From contig NMRA01000257.1 of the NCBI GenBank assembly GCA_002633005.1, positions 216,731 to 280,730 of the forward strand: DNA of 64,000 nucleotides. The letters are read 5' to 3'. Below the pieces are notes generated by a model. The model worked only from the letters and a program-made list of their open reading frames with translations, made no database searches and was not told the DNA's origin. This stretch comes from Phoronis australis (Eukaryota > Animalia > Phoronida). The position numbers and the translations under genes are program-made. Below, one piece after another: positions 10,539 through 25,500 of the stretch; the first letter of the stretch is position 1, and each line of letters starts with the position of its first letter.

Positions 10539-13500
10539 TCACGTAGGCTTTGAAGTATAGTCTGCACTGGTTAACAGGGAAAAGGCCAACACCTCCACTG
10601 AAAAACAAAAACAGATGCAGCTGTGATTGTCCTTTCTCAGAGATCAATCATAACTCCAAGTAATGTCCAAAAAGGTTGACAGAACAAAGTTTTAATAAAT
10701 TGTTAACTTGACTTAGAATCCTGTTTGCTGCATTAAGAGACAAATCTTCAGTGTTGGAAAAATAAAAATTTTAGTAACTAGAATGTCAATATGCACACAC
10801 ATTGGTGAAACGCCAACAGAATGCTATGAGGAGTGCTCATTATTTTAATGAAGTAAAACAAGAATTAAAATTAGGAAGCACTATGCTCATTGTTTTGCTC
10901 ATTTGTGAGATAGTGCAGCCACCAACTTGTTCAATTCACAAGTTTCTTCGCATGAATCACAAAGGTCACACTATGTTATAAGGTGGCGAAACTTGATTTC
11001 TTGACATGAGCCTATCAACTGTTTTGTGCAAATCCAATAAAAGATTTGGTGAAGCAACGTAATTCAAAAGCGTGATTGGTGAGGGAATCATGAAGATTTC
11101 CCGTAAAATAATCTTAATCAGCAATATGCACTTTCATAGCAACACAGCTGCCTGATTTCATGAAGGGTCTGAACAGTTTACGAGATACAGCTGCAGATGC
11201 CGGACAGATGTGTGGACACCAGACAGAGATGAATCCAATAGGCAACCACATGCGCACATGTGGGTACATAAATAATACAAGAGCAACGCGGAGCGTTGAA
11301 ATGCGCCCACCATTGCACCGCATACGGTATCCTTCTAGGGTTGTTTATTGGTACCATAAAGTGGCCAGTAGAGGGCATACTTTGCAAAATGGAAAGGCAT
11401 GGTCATTGTCTCCTCAATAGGCTAGGGGCAAAATGTGAGTAATCTTCATAATACAAGCACATCCTATACACCAGTTGCTTAAAGCACCACAGAAACATAG
11501 AATTAAAAACAAATTTACCAACATACGAGATTAGCACAGCATTAGAATGCCAGAAACAAATTTCTACTTGGAACTTTTCCTTCACAGTCACGAAGTAACA
11601 CAAAGTATACACCTGAAGACCTATGAAAATACAGAGGTCAATGTAAAATACTAAAATTGCCACTAGAGGCAAATACTAAAATTGCCACTAGAGGCATACC
11701 GGTAATCAGAATCATCCTAAAGTCGTCATCGTCCGTTGTCAACATCACATAAATACACTTGCTAAATTTAGTAAAGATCCTGCAAACGGTTTGGGAGATA
11801 CAGCCATGGGCGCAAAAAAACAAAACTGCCACTAGGAGGCGCCACAGTAGTCCAAATCGTCTGAAAATCATTGTCAGCTGTCTTCCTTATAGTAAGCACA
11901 TACACGCCAATTTTCACAATCATCCTTTGAGCGGTTTGGTTGATAGAGGGGTGGACGCAAAAATACAGACTCGAAAACAGTAAAAATGGCCACTAGGTGG
12001 CGCAAACTACGTCGAATCCATCTGAAAACAGTAGGATAGCGTCATCTCACTAATAGGTGCCTACATACCAAATTTCATGAAAATCCGTTCAATACTTTTG
12101 AAGATACAAAGGTAAGCGTAAAAAACTAAAATTGCCACTAGGGGGCACACCGGTAGTCGGATCCGACCAAAAGTCGTCATCTTCCGTTGTTAACATCATA
12201 TAAATATACTTACACAATTTGTAAAGATCCTGCGAACGGTTTAGGAGATACAGCCATAGGCGCAAAAAAACAAAACTGCCACTAGGAGGCGCCACAGTAG
12301 TCGAAATCGTCGGAAAATCATCGTCAACCATCCTCTACATAGTAAGCATATACATGCCAATTTTCACAATCATCCTTTGAGCGGTTTGGTTGATAGAGGG
12401 GTGGACGCACAAAAACAGACTCGAAAACACTAAAAATGGCCACTAGGTGGCGCAAACTATGTCGAATCCATCTGAAAACGGGAGGATAGCGTCATCTCAC
12501 TAATAGGTGCCTACATACCAAATTTCATGAAAATCCAATAAGGACTTGTGAAGATACAAAGGTAAGCGTAAAAAAATTAAAATTGCCACTAGGGGGCACA
12601 CCGGTAGTCGGATCCGTCCAAAAGTCGTCATCTTCCGTTGTTAACATCATATAAATATACTTACACAATTTCGTAAAGATCCTGCGAACGGTTTAGGAGA
12701 TACAGCCATAGGCGCAAAAAAAACAAAACTGCCACTAGGAGGCGCCACAGTAGTCGAAATCGTCGGAAAATCATCGTCAACCGTCCTCTACATAGTAAGC
12801 ACATACATGCCAATTTTCACAATCATCCTTTGAGCGGTTTGGTTGATAGAGGGGTGGAAGCACAAAAACAGACTCGAAAACAGTAAAAATGGCCACTAGG
12901 TGGCGCAAACTATGTCGAATCCATCCGAAAACGGCAGGATAGCGTCATCTCACTACTAGGTGCCTACATACCAAATTTCATGAAAATCCGTTCAGGACTT
13001 TTGAAGATACAAAGGTAAGCGTAAAAAACTAAAATTGCCACTAGGGGGCACACCCGTTGTCGGATCCGTCCGAAAGTACGCACATGCCGTCCCATTCATG
13101 AATGGAACATATGTGCCAAATTTCATGAACGTATGTCAAAGGGTTTTGGAGACAGAGCAGCGGACGCCGGACGGACGCCGCCCGGACGGACGGACAGAGA
13201 TGACGGCATAATGCGTCCACATATAAATATGTGGGCGCATAAAAATGAATAAATTATGTGACTCAAATTCCTGGTATACAAAGTGTTGCACTTACAATGG
13301 GGGAATGATCCTCTCTTGATGACATTATTGAGAAAAGAAGAAAGAAACTTCAGACATCTGTTGAACTCTGCCTCCATCTCAGAGACTGACTCCATGCTGC
13401 AGTGGAAGTACACACCATTACATTACATGTATGACCCTATTAAAATGCTTGTGTATTTAGCCAAGTATCTGCAACACTATAGAATGTAATACAGTGAGAG

Positions 13501-16500
13501 TATATAGTTTCTGCAACACTATAGAATGTAATGCAGTGAGAGTATATAGTTTCTGGAACACTATAGAATGTAATGCAGTGAGAGTATATAGTTTCTGCAA
13601 CACTATAGAATGTAATACAGTGAGAGTATATAGTTTCTGGAACACTATAGAATGTAATGCAGTGAGAGTAAATAGTTTCTGGAACACTATAGAATGTAAT
13701 GCAGTGAGAGTATATAGTTTCTGCAACACTATAGAATGTAATACAGTGAGAGTATATAGTTTCTGGAACACTATAGAATGTAATACAGTGAGAGTATATA
13801 GTTTCTGGAACACTATAGAATGTAATACAGTGAGAGTATATAGTTTCTGGAACACTATAAAATGTAATACATTGAGAGTATATAGTTTCTGGAACAAGAC
13901 AGCCTGAAGACTTTGATACTTCACTTAATACTACTATCGACTGAGTTACATGACCACACCTTAAGAAAAAATGTAGCAAAAAAAGTATGGTACGTTCACA
14001 GCAAAATAACAAGTTGAAGCATTCAAAATGAAATCTCAAATACAGTTTTCATATTGTTTCATTTTCGTTTAATGCAAATTTCCATTATTGTGATAAAATC
14101 ATAATAATACTATATTTGGTAGCTCCTCTTGCAGAAGAGGATCACTTAAAATGATTCCAATGCAAGTTTTGATGAACAGTGCATAAACCACAATTTCTAA
14201 AAGTTTCAATTGAATCCAATCAGCCACTACTATATAATGCAAACAAAAATATAACTTACACCCGATAATAATTTCTGACATTGTTAAAAGCAATACCTTA
14301 AGTTTGTTACAATTCTTTAAACAAATCTTTTTTAAGACAACTGCCAACCTTCGTGGATTTCTCTCCCATTTCATATAACTTTTCTAATATCCACTGGGAG
14401 CAATGTACAATCAGTGAGATGACATGACAACTCTAAAAAGGCAGACCTTGGCCCAATGTTTGCCACCCAACTCTAACTTTCCGATTCCCTGAACGAATTG
14501 TACAGAAATGGAAATCAACTTCTACCATTTCAAGAGAAATTTGTGTGGTATACTTACTTGGTATTTAGGTTGGAATTTTGTTGGTGGGTACAGATGAAAT
14601 TTCAAGGTAACTGTTTAATAATTCAGTTGAATAATGATAACTATTTCACTAAATAGTGTTCTCGAACAAACCTGATCTGATCAAGTCCACTGTCCCAAAG
14701 TGTTTGGAAGGTCGGTGACAAGTTTAACACTTTCAGAACAGCCTCCTTGACAAAGGCCACTTTCTTGTGTAGTAAACAGCGTTCGTGGATTTTGGACACG
14801 TAAGCACTGTGTACTGTAATCACTTGGTCCAGGTCTGTGGCACTCTCCAGTTCTGATTGAAACTCCAGACCTGTACTGTGAAGTATCTGGGAACAACAAC
14901 AACAACACAATATAAAATGCCAATAGAAGGCAAAACAAGAGTCGTACTCAATGTAAAATCAACATAAGCCATGCTCAACCTTCATGACAATCCTTCAACG
15001 ATCTCGGCTGATATTGAGGCAGGCACAAGAAACAACACTGCCACAAGGGGCATGGCAGAACTCAGATTCTTCCAGAAATCAACACCAGCCATGCTCTCCC
15101 CACAAGAAAATAAATCCATCAAAAGTTCATGAAAACCCCTCACCGAACTAGACAGATAATGAGGGAGGTGCAAAAAATAAAACTGCCACTAGGGGCATAG
15201 CTGCAGTATTTTGATCCATCAGAAAATCAACGCCTGCCATTACAGAGGCAGATGCCAAATATGGAAAAAAGATTTAAAACTGTCATCTGAAAATAATCAA
15301 GTCACATCCACATTTTGTTGCAAACATAACTGCTCAGTTTCTTTGACAGCCGACCACGGATTTGGCAAATATAATAATAATAAACAACAAATTGTCTATG
15401 GGTGGCATAGCAGTAGCTAAATTTGTTCAAAAGTCATTCTCATCCATCGTCACATTCACATTAGGAATAAACGGAACGCGAACTAAATTTCTCGAAGATC
15501 AACCAAGGGGTATAGGCGATAATGAAAGTATTAAACGCAAGTTTTAAAATACCAAAAATAAATGTTAAACAACATACCCTCGTCATGATATAATTGTGCA
15601 AACTGTTGACAAAATGAAGAAGTCTCATGCGGAACAGCTGAATTCTGTGTGCAGCAGCCAGAGGAGTATTTGCGGCAGAGGTGTCAATCACACTGTGCTT
15701 GGTTACACCCTTCGTCTCCAAGTCTAGAAAAATAAATCACTGCAAGTTTTCATTTAAGTCCTCACATTTTCAACAATTTGCTGGACAATTGCGGTTACTT
15801 AATAAATAAAATATAAGTTTGGTTTCAATTATTCAAAAAATAAGCGCTGCAATTTGCATGTTTTAATCCTTTTTAAAGTTTATGTTGAAATCATTTTAGT
15901 TTGATTATCACATTTAAATTACTTTTGATCAATAATTTATCATATTTACGAGCACAGTGTTTACATTCTACAACTAAATACTCACCACAAAAGCACAACT
16001 CATCCAGGCAATATTTGGCACGTTTGATTTGCAGCAAGAATGTAAATATTTCATTGTAAGCTTTCTGGCACCTTGAATTGATGACAGTATCAATGGGCCA
16101 TGGTACCTTGTAGTGCAGGCTGAGACCAGACAATGCAGTAATGGGAGACTTTATTCTCTCCTGTGACACCGCCGTCTCAACACCAACCACAAGACTGGAA
16201 AGATTGAGAGATCTTGGTGAGAACCAGCAATTTACTGAACAAAGCAGTCTTGTGAAACTAATACCGTTGTTTAAGTCATCTACTTTAAAACGCAGTTTGA
16301 AAGGATTAGTAATCTCACGAGTCACGTATTTCCGAAGACAAGAGACAACCTAGCTTATGATCTCAGTATAAACTGAACACAAGGACATGGGTATCATACC
16401 TCCCACTTTAACACTTGCACTCTATGACCAAAATTTACCTTAAGTTGCTTTTTACAAAGGACTACATTGGCAGCATCCTTAAACCTTACTTAAAAGCAAG

Positions 16501-19500
16501 ATCAACTAATTAACATATCACCAGTGTTTGCCCTGTTCTTATTTGACAGCTGATCAATTGGAGGGGTCGTTTATGGTGTTTTTGATATGAAATTAAAGGT
16601 TTTAAGCACTTTAACTCTACCCACTCCAACATTTGCATCGTACACCTCATACCCACCTACTGATCAGGTGTTGATGATGTTCATACAGCGCCTCCTGGAG
16701 GCTAACATTGAGTGACGACATGTCCTGCCAGGGTTCATGGAAACGCAGCTACAAGAGAAAAACTAATTTACAAAAAGCATATTAATTAAATATTCTATTT
16801 GCACAATTTATACAACCTGCTTTGAGGTGGTGATGTAATAACATCAATTCTAAAGCCTATTGATTTATTTACACCAACTTCTAACTTTAGCTGTTGATAT
16901 TGGAACGACATTTCAGTCATTCCTCAGGTCATCTTTGGGCGTTGCAGTATTCTTAGAATGAACCAGAGTATTTGATACACTCATGTAGGTCTATGACGAA
17001 CACTTATGTTAGCTATGCTTGGGGTACGGTGGGATTTGAAACGAGGACATTTGGTTTGTTAGCAGAGCACTCATACTACTAACAAGTGCTTTATAAATGA
17101 TTCCATTTATTACTGAAAAGCTTAAATTAACATAAATTATTAAAAGCTCACTGTAGTAATAAAGCCCATTGGGGATGAACTTACCTTTTCAAACAAGTCT
17201 CTGTAGAAATCATACATGGTGTCACCTGACTCCATCAGGAATATACTCTGAAATATTGTAAAGAGTGACCATCAGGGACTGCAAGCAATGAAGACGACAC
17301 ATAAGTCATGAGACCAGTGGTGTAGTGGAACCAGTGGTTTCCTGGGGCCAGTGGTGTTGTGGGTTGTCCTGGAACCGCTGGTGTACCAGGACCGGTGGTG
17401 TACCGGAACTGGTGGTGTGCTGGGACCAGTGATTCTGCTGGGACCGATAGTGTACCAGAACTGGTGGTGTACTGGGACCTGGGTTGTCTGGGACTAACGG
17501 TGTCCTGGGACCAATGAGTGTTGAATATAATTGTGAGTTGTGTTGGCCTATCTCTACAGAGGAGGCTTGCTTCAAAACATAAGCAAATGAAACTAAATAA
17601 AACATACCATGAGAATAAAATGAGGTATTGCACTACATAGTACTTAGCAGATAATCTATAGGTGCGAAATGTTCAGTGAATCAGTAAAACTCTGGCTGTG
17701 GAGGCCACACATCTTCCATTTTAGTGAGTGAATGCCTCCACACTAAAAAGAAATGAAAAATAAGATAAAAACATTTAAAAAGAAATCTAAAATTGCAGTG
17801 GTCAGTTGGGGTAGATTTATGATGACCTTACCCTCATTGTAGCCATATGTTGCAGTAAGCTGTACTCAGTCTTAAGCAGTCTCAGTAAGTGTGTACACAC
17901 AGCCTGGTATCGCTCAGTAATGTGAGGGTACAAACAATCTTTGAGAAGCACACGGATGGGAACCAACGATTCTGTGGTCAGCTGACCTAAAAGGCTAGAA
18001 ATGGTTCACTGATTAATGATCTAAAAGTAAAAAGGTTTACATGTACCTAGCAGTTGGAAAACCCAGATACAACTTCTTATTGTGCCTTATGGTCAACTGA
18101 ATGAATAACTCAATGCATATGTCATTGAATGACCTTGCGCAGTCACATTTGACCGATCTTCATAGAAAACGGAAACAGATTTAATGTCAAATGTAAAATG
18201 TCTTTAGTCTGAATCTTCTCAATACAGTTCATCGATGAAAAGACAAAGAAACATGTACAGTAATATAGTACGTAGGAGGTGCAAACTGTCAAACATGTGA
18301 AACAGTACAGCACAAACTGTCAAACATGTGAAACAGTACAGCACAAACTGTCAAACATGTGAAACAGCAGAGCACAAACTGTCAAACATGTTAAACAGTA
18401 GAGCACAAACTGTCAAACATGTGAAACAGTACAGCACAAACTGTCAAACATGTGCAACACTACAGCACAAACTCCAGCCAGGAAAGGATAGCTAATGGAA
18501 TACCAAAAACATCTATTTTACTAATTGACTTTGCATCAAAAAGGGGTATTTTGCAAAAACAGAGGTGAGACATTTTCACAAAAATGTGGGTCTCTTTCAT
18601 CAAAAAGAGGTGTGGCTCTTTCACAAAAGGTGGGACCCTTTCACAAGAGGTAGGGCTCTTTTGAAAACTTGTATTACTGCCTGCAGTGCCCTCAGTCAGC
18701 AATGGGCTTTTATGATGTGTTGCAAGAGTAAGGTTTCTCACTTCTGTTGACAACCAATCAACTTGAAATAGTTTGAAGGGCCCTTCAAAGAACCAAGACT
18801 GACAAAATAATTAAGTCTTACCCACATTTTGCACAAGTACCAGACATGCTAAATGATCCTGGAAAAGTCGCCATGGAGGATTTGTAACACATTTCAGAAA
18901 TCCACAGTAAAGTAATAATTTCACATAATCTTTAAGTTAGTTAATACGAGAATAGTAGTTATGCAATTGACCACTAGAGGACTCACACATGGAGTTCATC
19001 TTTCTCATCAAGCAAGGGTTCAGCCTGGAAACATCGCAGGTTGAGGATAGCTTTGAAGTTAAGGTCCAGCAAGAGATCTCTGATGCCCTTCAGCTTCATC
19101 TGATGTTGTACTGACTCCGTGAACACCGTGACAGGCTGGTCGTGTGTTGTTGGCTGTGCAGGGTTTGCTGTCTGATGGGATGAGCCGAGGCAAGTAAGCA
19201 GTGAATGAAGGAACTTTGAGTACAATGGCATTGTCTTGCTGTCTGTAGATGAAGAGGATACAAAAAAGTAAAAGACAATGTGTTGAATGTGCTGCAAATG
19301 GGCAGGTGAACACCCTAAAGTGCTTACTAAATTGGGCAGTCTGAAAAGTGGGAGCATGGCAGGCAACAACACAAGTATTTCAGTAACTTAATAAGTATCC
19401 AGTTTACTAACCCGAGCAGTGAACGCTTATTTATAAAATGTTCTGGGGTGACCACTTAGCGGAGCACGGGCAAATGTTTATGGAATATTACTGAATACAT

Positions 19501-22500
19501 TTGAAGTTCACTTACAACAGAAGCCCATATCAAGCCATTATGCAACATTAACACTTAAAGACACAATTGCCTGTGTGTGCTGTCTTATCAACGATCCACA
19601 AAGACCATCCCAGATTCATCAACTGGTCCAAATTCACTGACGACTCAAAACTTGTGGCACCACTAAGAACTAACCCACAACCTCTGAGAGGCGACCAAGA
19701 CTCATCAGCATTTCCATAGACTTCCCAGCCAGAATGATCTTATCCAGAACTGGTTGCAAGAAACGAGGAGCCCAGCTTGTGGTGAAATATTGTTCCTTGG
19801 ACAACTGTTCCACTGTGGAGTCAGTCGACTGTTTAGTTAAGTGTAGAGTGAAGGCACTCTCCCAGAAGGTCTCGTCCAAAGACTGAACACCAGCGTTTCT
19901 GTTCAAAAATATGAAGCCCTAGACAGTACACAAACTAATAATTTTTAATGGTTATTACAAAAACTGCAATGTACAATAATAAGAGTTTAACCCAGAAAGC
20001 GCTAGAAAGCATTATATCTGATGTAAGAGACAGTATACACCTATGAATGCACATCTTCCTGAATTTAAGTATTTCTTGTAATGATGTTCTAATGTACAGA
20101 CTAATAATGTGAGAGAATACAAATGTCAATACATGTCTTCCTATATTGAATAGTTAAGGAAATCTTAAAATGACATGCCTCCTTCTGTCCAGGAATTAAA
20201 AAAAAGCCTTAAATTTGACAACTTTTACACAGAAGTTGCTCGTGGTCCAATTACATCAGCCGTGAGCAGACCACAAGAATGGTTCCATAACACAATATCT
20301 TACATAACACATTTAAGCCCACCAAAAGCATATGGAGGGCATAACATAGTAATATGTAATCAAAACACGTTGAACAGAATCATACATACTTTTGAATAAC
20401 AAACTCTTTATATGGGTCCAGAAGGTTTCCATGAGTAATCCATTCGTCCGCAATATCCAAATATGGTCGGCTGGTCTGGATCCAAAGTGGAAGCAGTAAG
20501 CTCACCTGAGTGTTGTAATAAGATGTAAGAGATAGTGAGGCAATCTGTGTAAATAATTAAAAGTTAGTGCGTTTCCTTCTCACCTAGAGCCTTTTAAAGA
20601 AAACCATGACATACATCACTTATCTCCTACAACTTATTCTCTAAATTTTCCAAGTCAAGACTGCAACTAGTTTTTACAATTAAATACAATTTAGAGATCA
20701 TCTACCATTGATATGAAATGGCCAGTCTTAGATGGGGAGGCCAACCAGTCAACATTTAAAGTGACGTTAAGCCTGTGCTTTCTGTCACTTACCACTATAA
20801 AATTGATTTGTCTTGTTCCTTAACAGTAAATTAACACTGAGTTTGGAAAGAGGAGGCAGTGCCGCCTAGTGGGATAAGTGTCCACTTCCTTTGCTCAAAG
20901 TTGAAAGGTTCAAGTCCCATTGGGGCACACGGCTAGACCCTTCAGTCAGGTTTCCAGCTCCTCCTCTCGGTTTTGGCAAATGAAGCATAAAAATGGTTCC
21001 AGATCAATGCAGTGGGATGCAGCGGGCTGCGCTCGTCTAATACAATGTGTACCAGACCTCCAGTAACAATTACTTTAAAGTTTTAGTTTAGAAAGAAATG
21101 GTCATCACGGCATGACCTGACATTTTATAAGCTCAGTCTGAAGACATAATAAACGATCATTGAAGCAATGAAATTACCTCCAATTTGACTAAGGAACAAT
21201 TTGAGACCAATTTTATAATGGTTTACTAAGTAGCGTAAATCAAAAGTTGTTTCTTGTGACGGAAGGCAGGTTCATAACCGCTTTAGAGTCAAGCCAATAA
21301 AATGGAATTTTGAGAGACATTTCTTTTACTTGACGAATAATCTATTTGAGGACGGAAAATATTTTCCAGTCGGGTAATGGAAATGTTGGATACAAAGTGT
21401 GTACAGTTGAGTAGTGGAACATCTGGTTGTTAATTTGCAAGTTTAGTCTGTGAGTAAAAAAATCTTTTAACATGACATGTTTTTAACTTGCCAAAACAAA
21501 TGAAGCTGCATCCTTAAAACATATGTGGTCCCCCTCGACAATTCCTCGCTTCTCCGAGAGACTTGCATTACTTCCTATCACTTCAGCAGTACGGAGACTT
21601 TATAAGGCTTTAGTTATGAACATGCCATGTCTAAGCAATACTGAGACTATGTGGGGATTACCCTTCTACCATGTCTTATCAGTCCTGAGATTGTACAGTG
21701 CTCACCATCTGTTGGTTAGTTGAGAAGTCATCCCACTCCAGAAGTATGTCGTACATGACACTGAGTAGGTGACAGGCCTTCCTTGAAGTACTCCAGCCAT
21801 CTTCACACTCTTCAATGCCCAATTGGAAAACGACCTGCAGGGCATCCAGCTCCTTCAACCTATCACTCAACCGTTGAAGAAGAAAAGACAGAGAGACTGG
21901 TTCGCCTGGGAATAAACATTCAAATTTTGATGACCATTTTCACACATCACATCAAACACTATTTAAAGGTGTCATAAACCACTATCTGGAGTCAAAAACA
22001 CCTACTTTCTTTGCAGGCTGGCATAACTGTACTTTCAAAACAATGTCTTCGTATTATCTTTTGTTTGAATTGAAAATAGTTACAATAAATCACCCGGAAT
22101 TTCCCCGACAGTCACACTACACTGGCCACTGAAAACGGCCAGCCACAACAAGCAATAACCACGTCTAGAAATTATATCTAATTAGAGTGAAGAAGAGTAT
22201 GAGACCAGTTTTATAACAGTATGTGGCCAAAATCAAAAGTTGTTTTTGACAGAAGGGGTTTGTTGCCCCTTTTAAGGTAAATTAAGAATCTTAATGGAAT
22301 TTTGAGAAAAATCCAAAATTCACACATTGTAAATTTTATGCGCATGATATGCAAGCTGTTTGGGATGACTTCAATTAAGAGACAAATCTTTATCGGCCAT
22401 TTTCAGACTTGTTTGATTTTTGATGCTTTTAGCAGATTTGAACATCAATTTCTTTTAAGTGTGTGGGTCACTTTGCATAAAATTTCATATTCTAGTTGTT

Positions 22501-25500
22501 TATGGTCTATGGGTGAAAGAAACATGTCTCATATTTTTGATTTTCTTTTGAACAATGGAGATACTGGCTGTCAAAAACGAAGATTTGCCATATTTTAAAA
22601 GGACTTAGATGGCTAATACTTCTGTTGTTTTGGAATTAAAAATATGAGACGAGGATCTCTGTATATAAAATTAACAGCTCAAACACGAAGTCTGGGTTTT
22701 TTAAAAAATATGCTCAAGACAAAGATGACAGATTTCACAAACAATTGCTCGATGTTTTGAAGCCTAAAATAAGATCACAGTTATTGAGTATTGAAAAATT
22801 GTTCTTTTTCGGGTATTAAAGGGGTTGACAATGGGGGAAATGCTTTTATATAATAATACTGAAAGAGATAGAAAAATAGCTTTTTAGACACATTTAAAAA
22901 TAGAAATCATGTAAAATGACATTTACTTTGCTCAATTGTAGTCTTTTCAATGCCTGTAAGAACATCCTTGAATGTCTTGAGGTAATCAGACAGTGCAGCA
23001 GCAAATGCCTGATATGTTTGGCAGGAGTCCCTGGAGGTGGCGTTGTCAGTGATGAAGGTTTGGAGGCGTTGGACAATGTCCCCGTATGAGGCTAGAATGG
23101 TCAGCAGGTTGTGCAGTGAACTCTAAAAGACAGCATAAGCAGTGAGGGAAGTAGTGGGAGGCAAAAATGAAACACAAATCACAATGTTTATTACTGAGAC
23201 ATGTTCATTAAGGCGGGCGTGCTCTCTTCCTGAACAACTTAAAACAAATGAGTGTTCAGAAGTGTAGGTAAATGTTTGCAATTCCTCTCAATAGGAAGTT
23301 TGCTTAGAAAACCACGACCTTAGACTTTCAAGGTGATTACCTTGAGCAAAGACAAAAATTCTAAGTGGTATACATTGGAAGTACACAAAGTATGCATGGC
23401 AAGATTGTAGGAGGTAATTTTGTAAATTTGGTACAGAATTAAATAATTCGATTTAAAGGCGTAAGCTTGCTTTGTATTGATTATCTTTCTTTTTTCCTGA
23501 ATTGAGTGCACGCTGTCATTCATTTGCAAGCTCTCACATTAGGCAGGTGCTCCCTGCTGAAAAGGCCTTTGGAGATTTCTACAAAACCCATTCCGGACCA
23601 AAAGTCAAATCCAAATATATGTCTGTCACATGTCTGTCACGGTGGAATAAAAATGAATTCATATCTTCTTATGCCATCAATTACGAAAGCTATAGACTAT
23701 GCCAAAGCATTGTTGACACCTCCTAAGAACAGATTGTAATGAAATACAGTGACCAAAAACTCGGTTTGTTTAACCTCGTGAAATTGGAGAGTTCAAAGGT
23801 TCAATCATGTACTTATTCTCCAACTATGCGCCCTGGACTTATTTACATCTTTCCCGTAAATGCCCAGTAGTGCCAAGCTTATATAAGGAAATTTCAGCCA
23901 ATCCCGTGCTTGAACTATAACACAATGTTCGATGTCACATTTTTAACTCAAAATAAGAAACAATCTGTGAATTAATTGGACAGAAACCTGCGGAATAGAT
24001 TTAACGAAAAATACATATTAAGTGGTTTGGAAATATCACTAGTATCATTTGCATTTGATGTTCACTTACCCCAGTAAGATGAGACAGAATCAGATTTTCT
24101 TTGACTGCAAAATGACTATCAACAATATCGTAGATAAACAAATCTTTCGCTCCTGACAGCATCCTAAAATGAAAATAAAAGCCATTACAGTTCGACAAAA
24201 ACGTGGGATTGCACAAACGGCAGTCAGAAACTTGGTTTAAGTGAGATAATCAAACCAATTAGCCCAATTCACATGTTGTAAATAATATCTGACAACTAAA
24301 ATACTGGGGAAAATCACACAACAGAGCGGCTAATACACAGATATATAAGACATTTAGAAGGGGATGTGATACATAAATGTTGCACACCATATTGAGATGT
24401 GAAGATGCTTAGAAGATGTGACCTGGCACACCAGTGACTAAGGTAAACGAAATACTCCTCAGTTTAGCATAGGCTTTATGACACCTTATTTTGATAAATT
24501 TCTTGGTAAAAATAAAGGTTGAGAAGAAACTAACCTCATTAGCATGATCTGTGTTGAACGAAGGTCACAGCACAAACTAATTCTGAACTACTGCTCAATT
24601 TAACAATGATAGCTGCAGTCTTTCAAAACTGAATTACGGTAATTTAGGAAATAATGTTTAGGCGAGACTGCAGCAAGGTCATCAAACTATTTACATGTCA
24701 AAGGTTGTCACAGAGGTCGTAGCATTGAGGAAATGTGGCTTAGCATGAAATCCATGCCAACAAATATAAATATACATGATGATTTGGACATCTACTTTCA
24801 GAGACGAGCCTAAAGAGAACAAAGACACTTACCAAAGTACCTCACGGACAATATGATACTCAGTTAACACTGTTTTACTAAAGACTGAGTGACAAGGGTT
24901 GATGGTTGTCAAGTAATGCTCCCTGAAAAGCAAAAACAAGTAAACTCATTTAACAACTCGTAGAAAATCACATTTCAAACAGAAACACTAAAATGGCTAT
25001 ACAACCAATATGCGAGGAAAGAAAATGGTTACGAAAACATGACAACCAACAATAACAAATATGACCCCTAACATCAAATTATCTGATTTCAAATAATCCT
25101 TGACTAAGCCTCAGGATCTTACCAGTCAACAGCTAAATTACTAGTTGAATAAAAACTAGCATTAGCCAGTGTTATGGCCCCTTTCCAATATTGCACGATA
25201 ACATTCCTTGCTAGCCAGTCATCAGGATCTGCTCTGGGATCCACTGCCATGACTGAAGGGCCATCTCTCACTGAAATGTGACCATGGTCACCTGCAGCAA
25301 GCACTGAGTCTTCAGGTTTGACTTCAAACTCTTCATCATCCTCTGACAACTCATCCTAAACATAAATAAGAGACAATACCAGGCACCAAACACATTAATG
25401 TGATCTTGACCATTTACTCAGAAATACATGGCACCAAACCCAAAGCTGCCATCTTGCCCAACCACCCAGCAAACACCACCCTATACTGAGGAAATTCATT

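Noticed and set aside
13440-14039. ORFs of 137-199 aa with 14-aa repeats
   Set aside because: By-products of the 42-bp intronic minisatellite (unit divisible by 3, open in several frames).
17020-17085. tRNA gene candidates (also near 39580 and 61030)
   Set aside because: Only B-box-like fragments without a full cloverleaf; more likely decayed SINE heads.
17235-17633. 132-aa and 99-aa P/T/G-rich ORFs
   Set aside because: They derive from the intronic degenerate short tandem repeat and do not fit the TUBGCP5 splice phases.
18006-18008. In-frame TGA as selenocysteine or readthrough in TUBGCP5 exon 14
   Set aside because: Would need a weak phase-0 donor; GCP5 is not a known selenoprotein and no SECIS was recognised. 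An indel or alternative acceptor is simpler.
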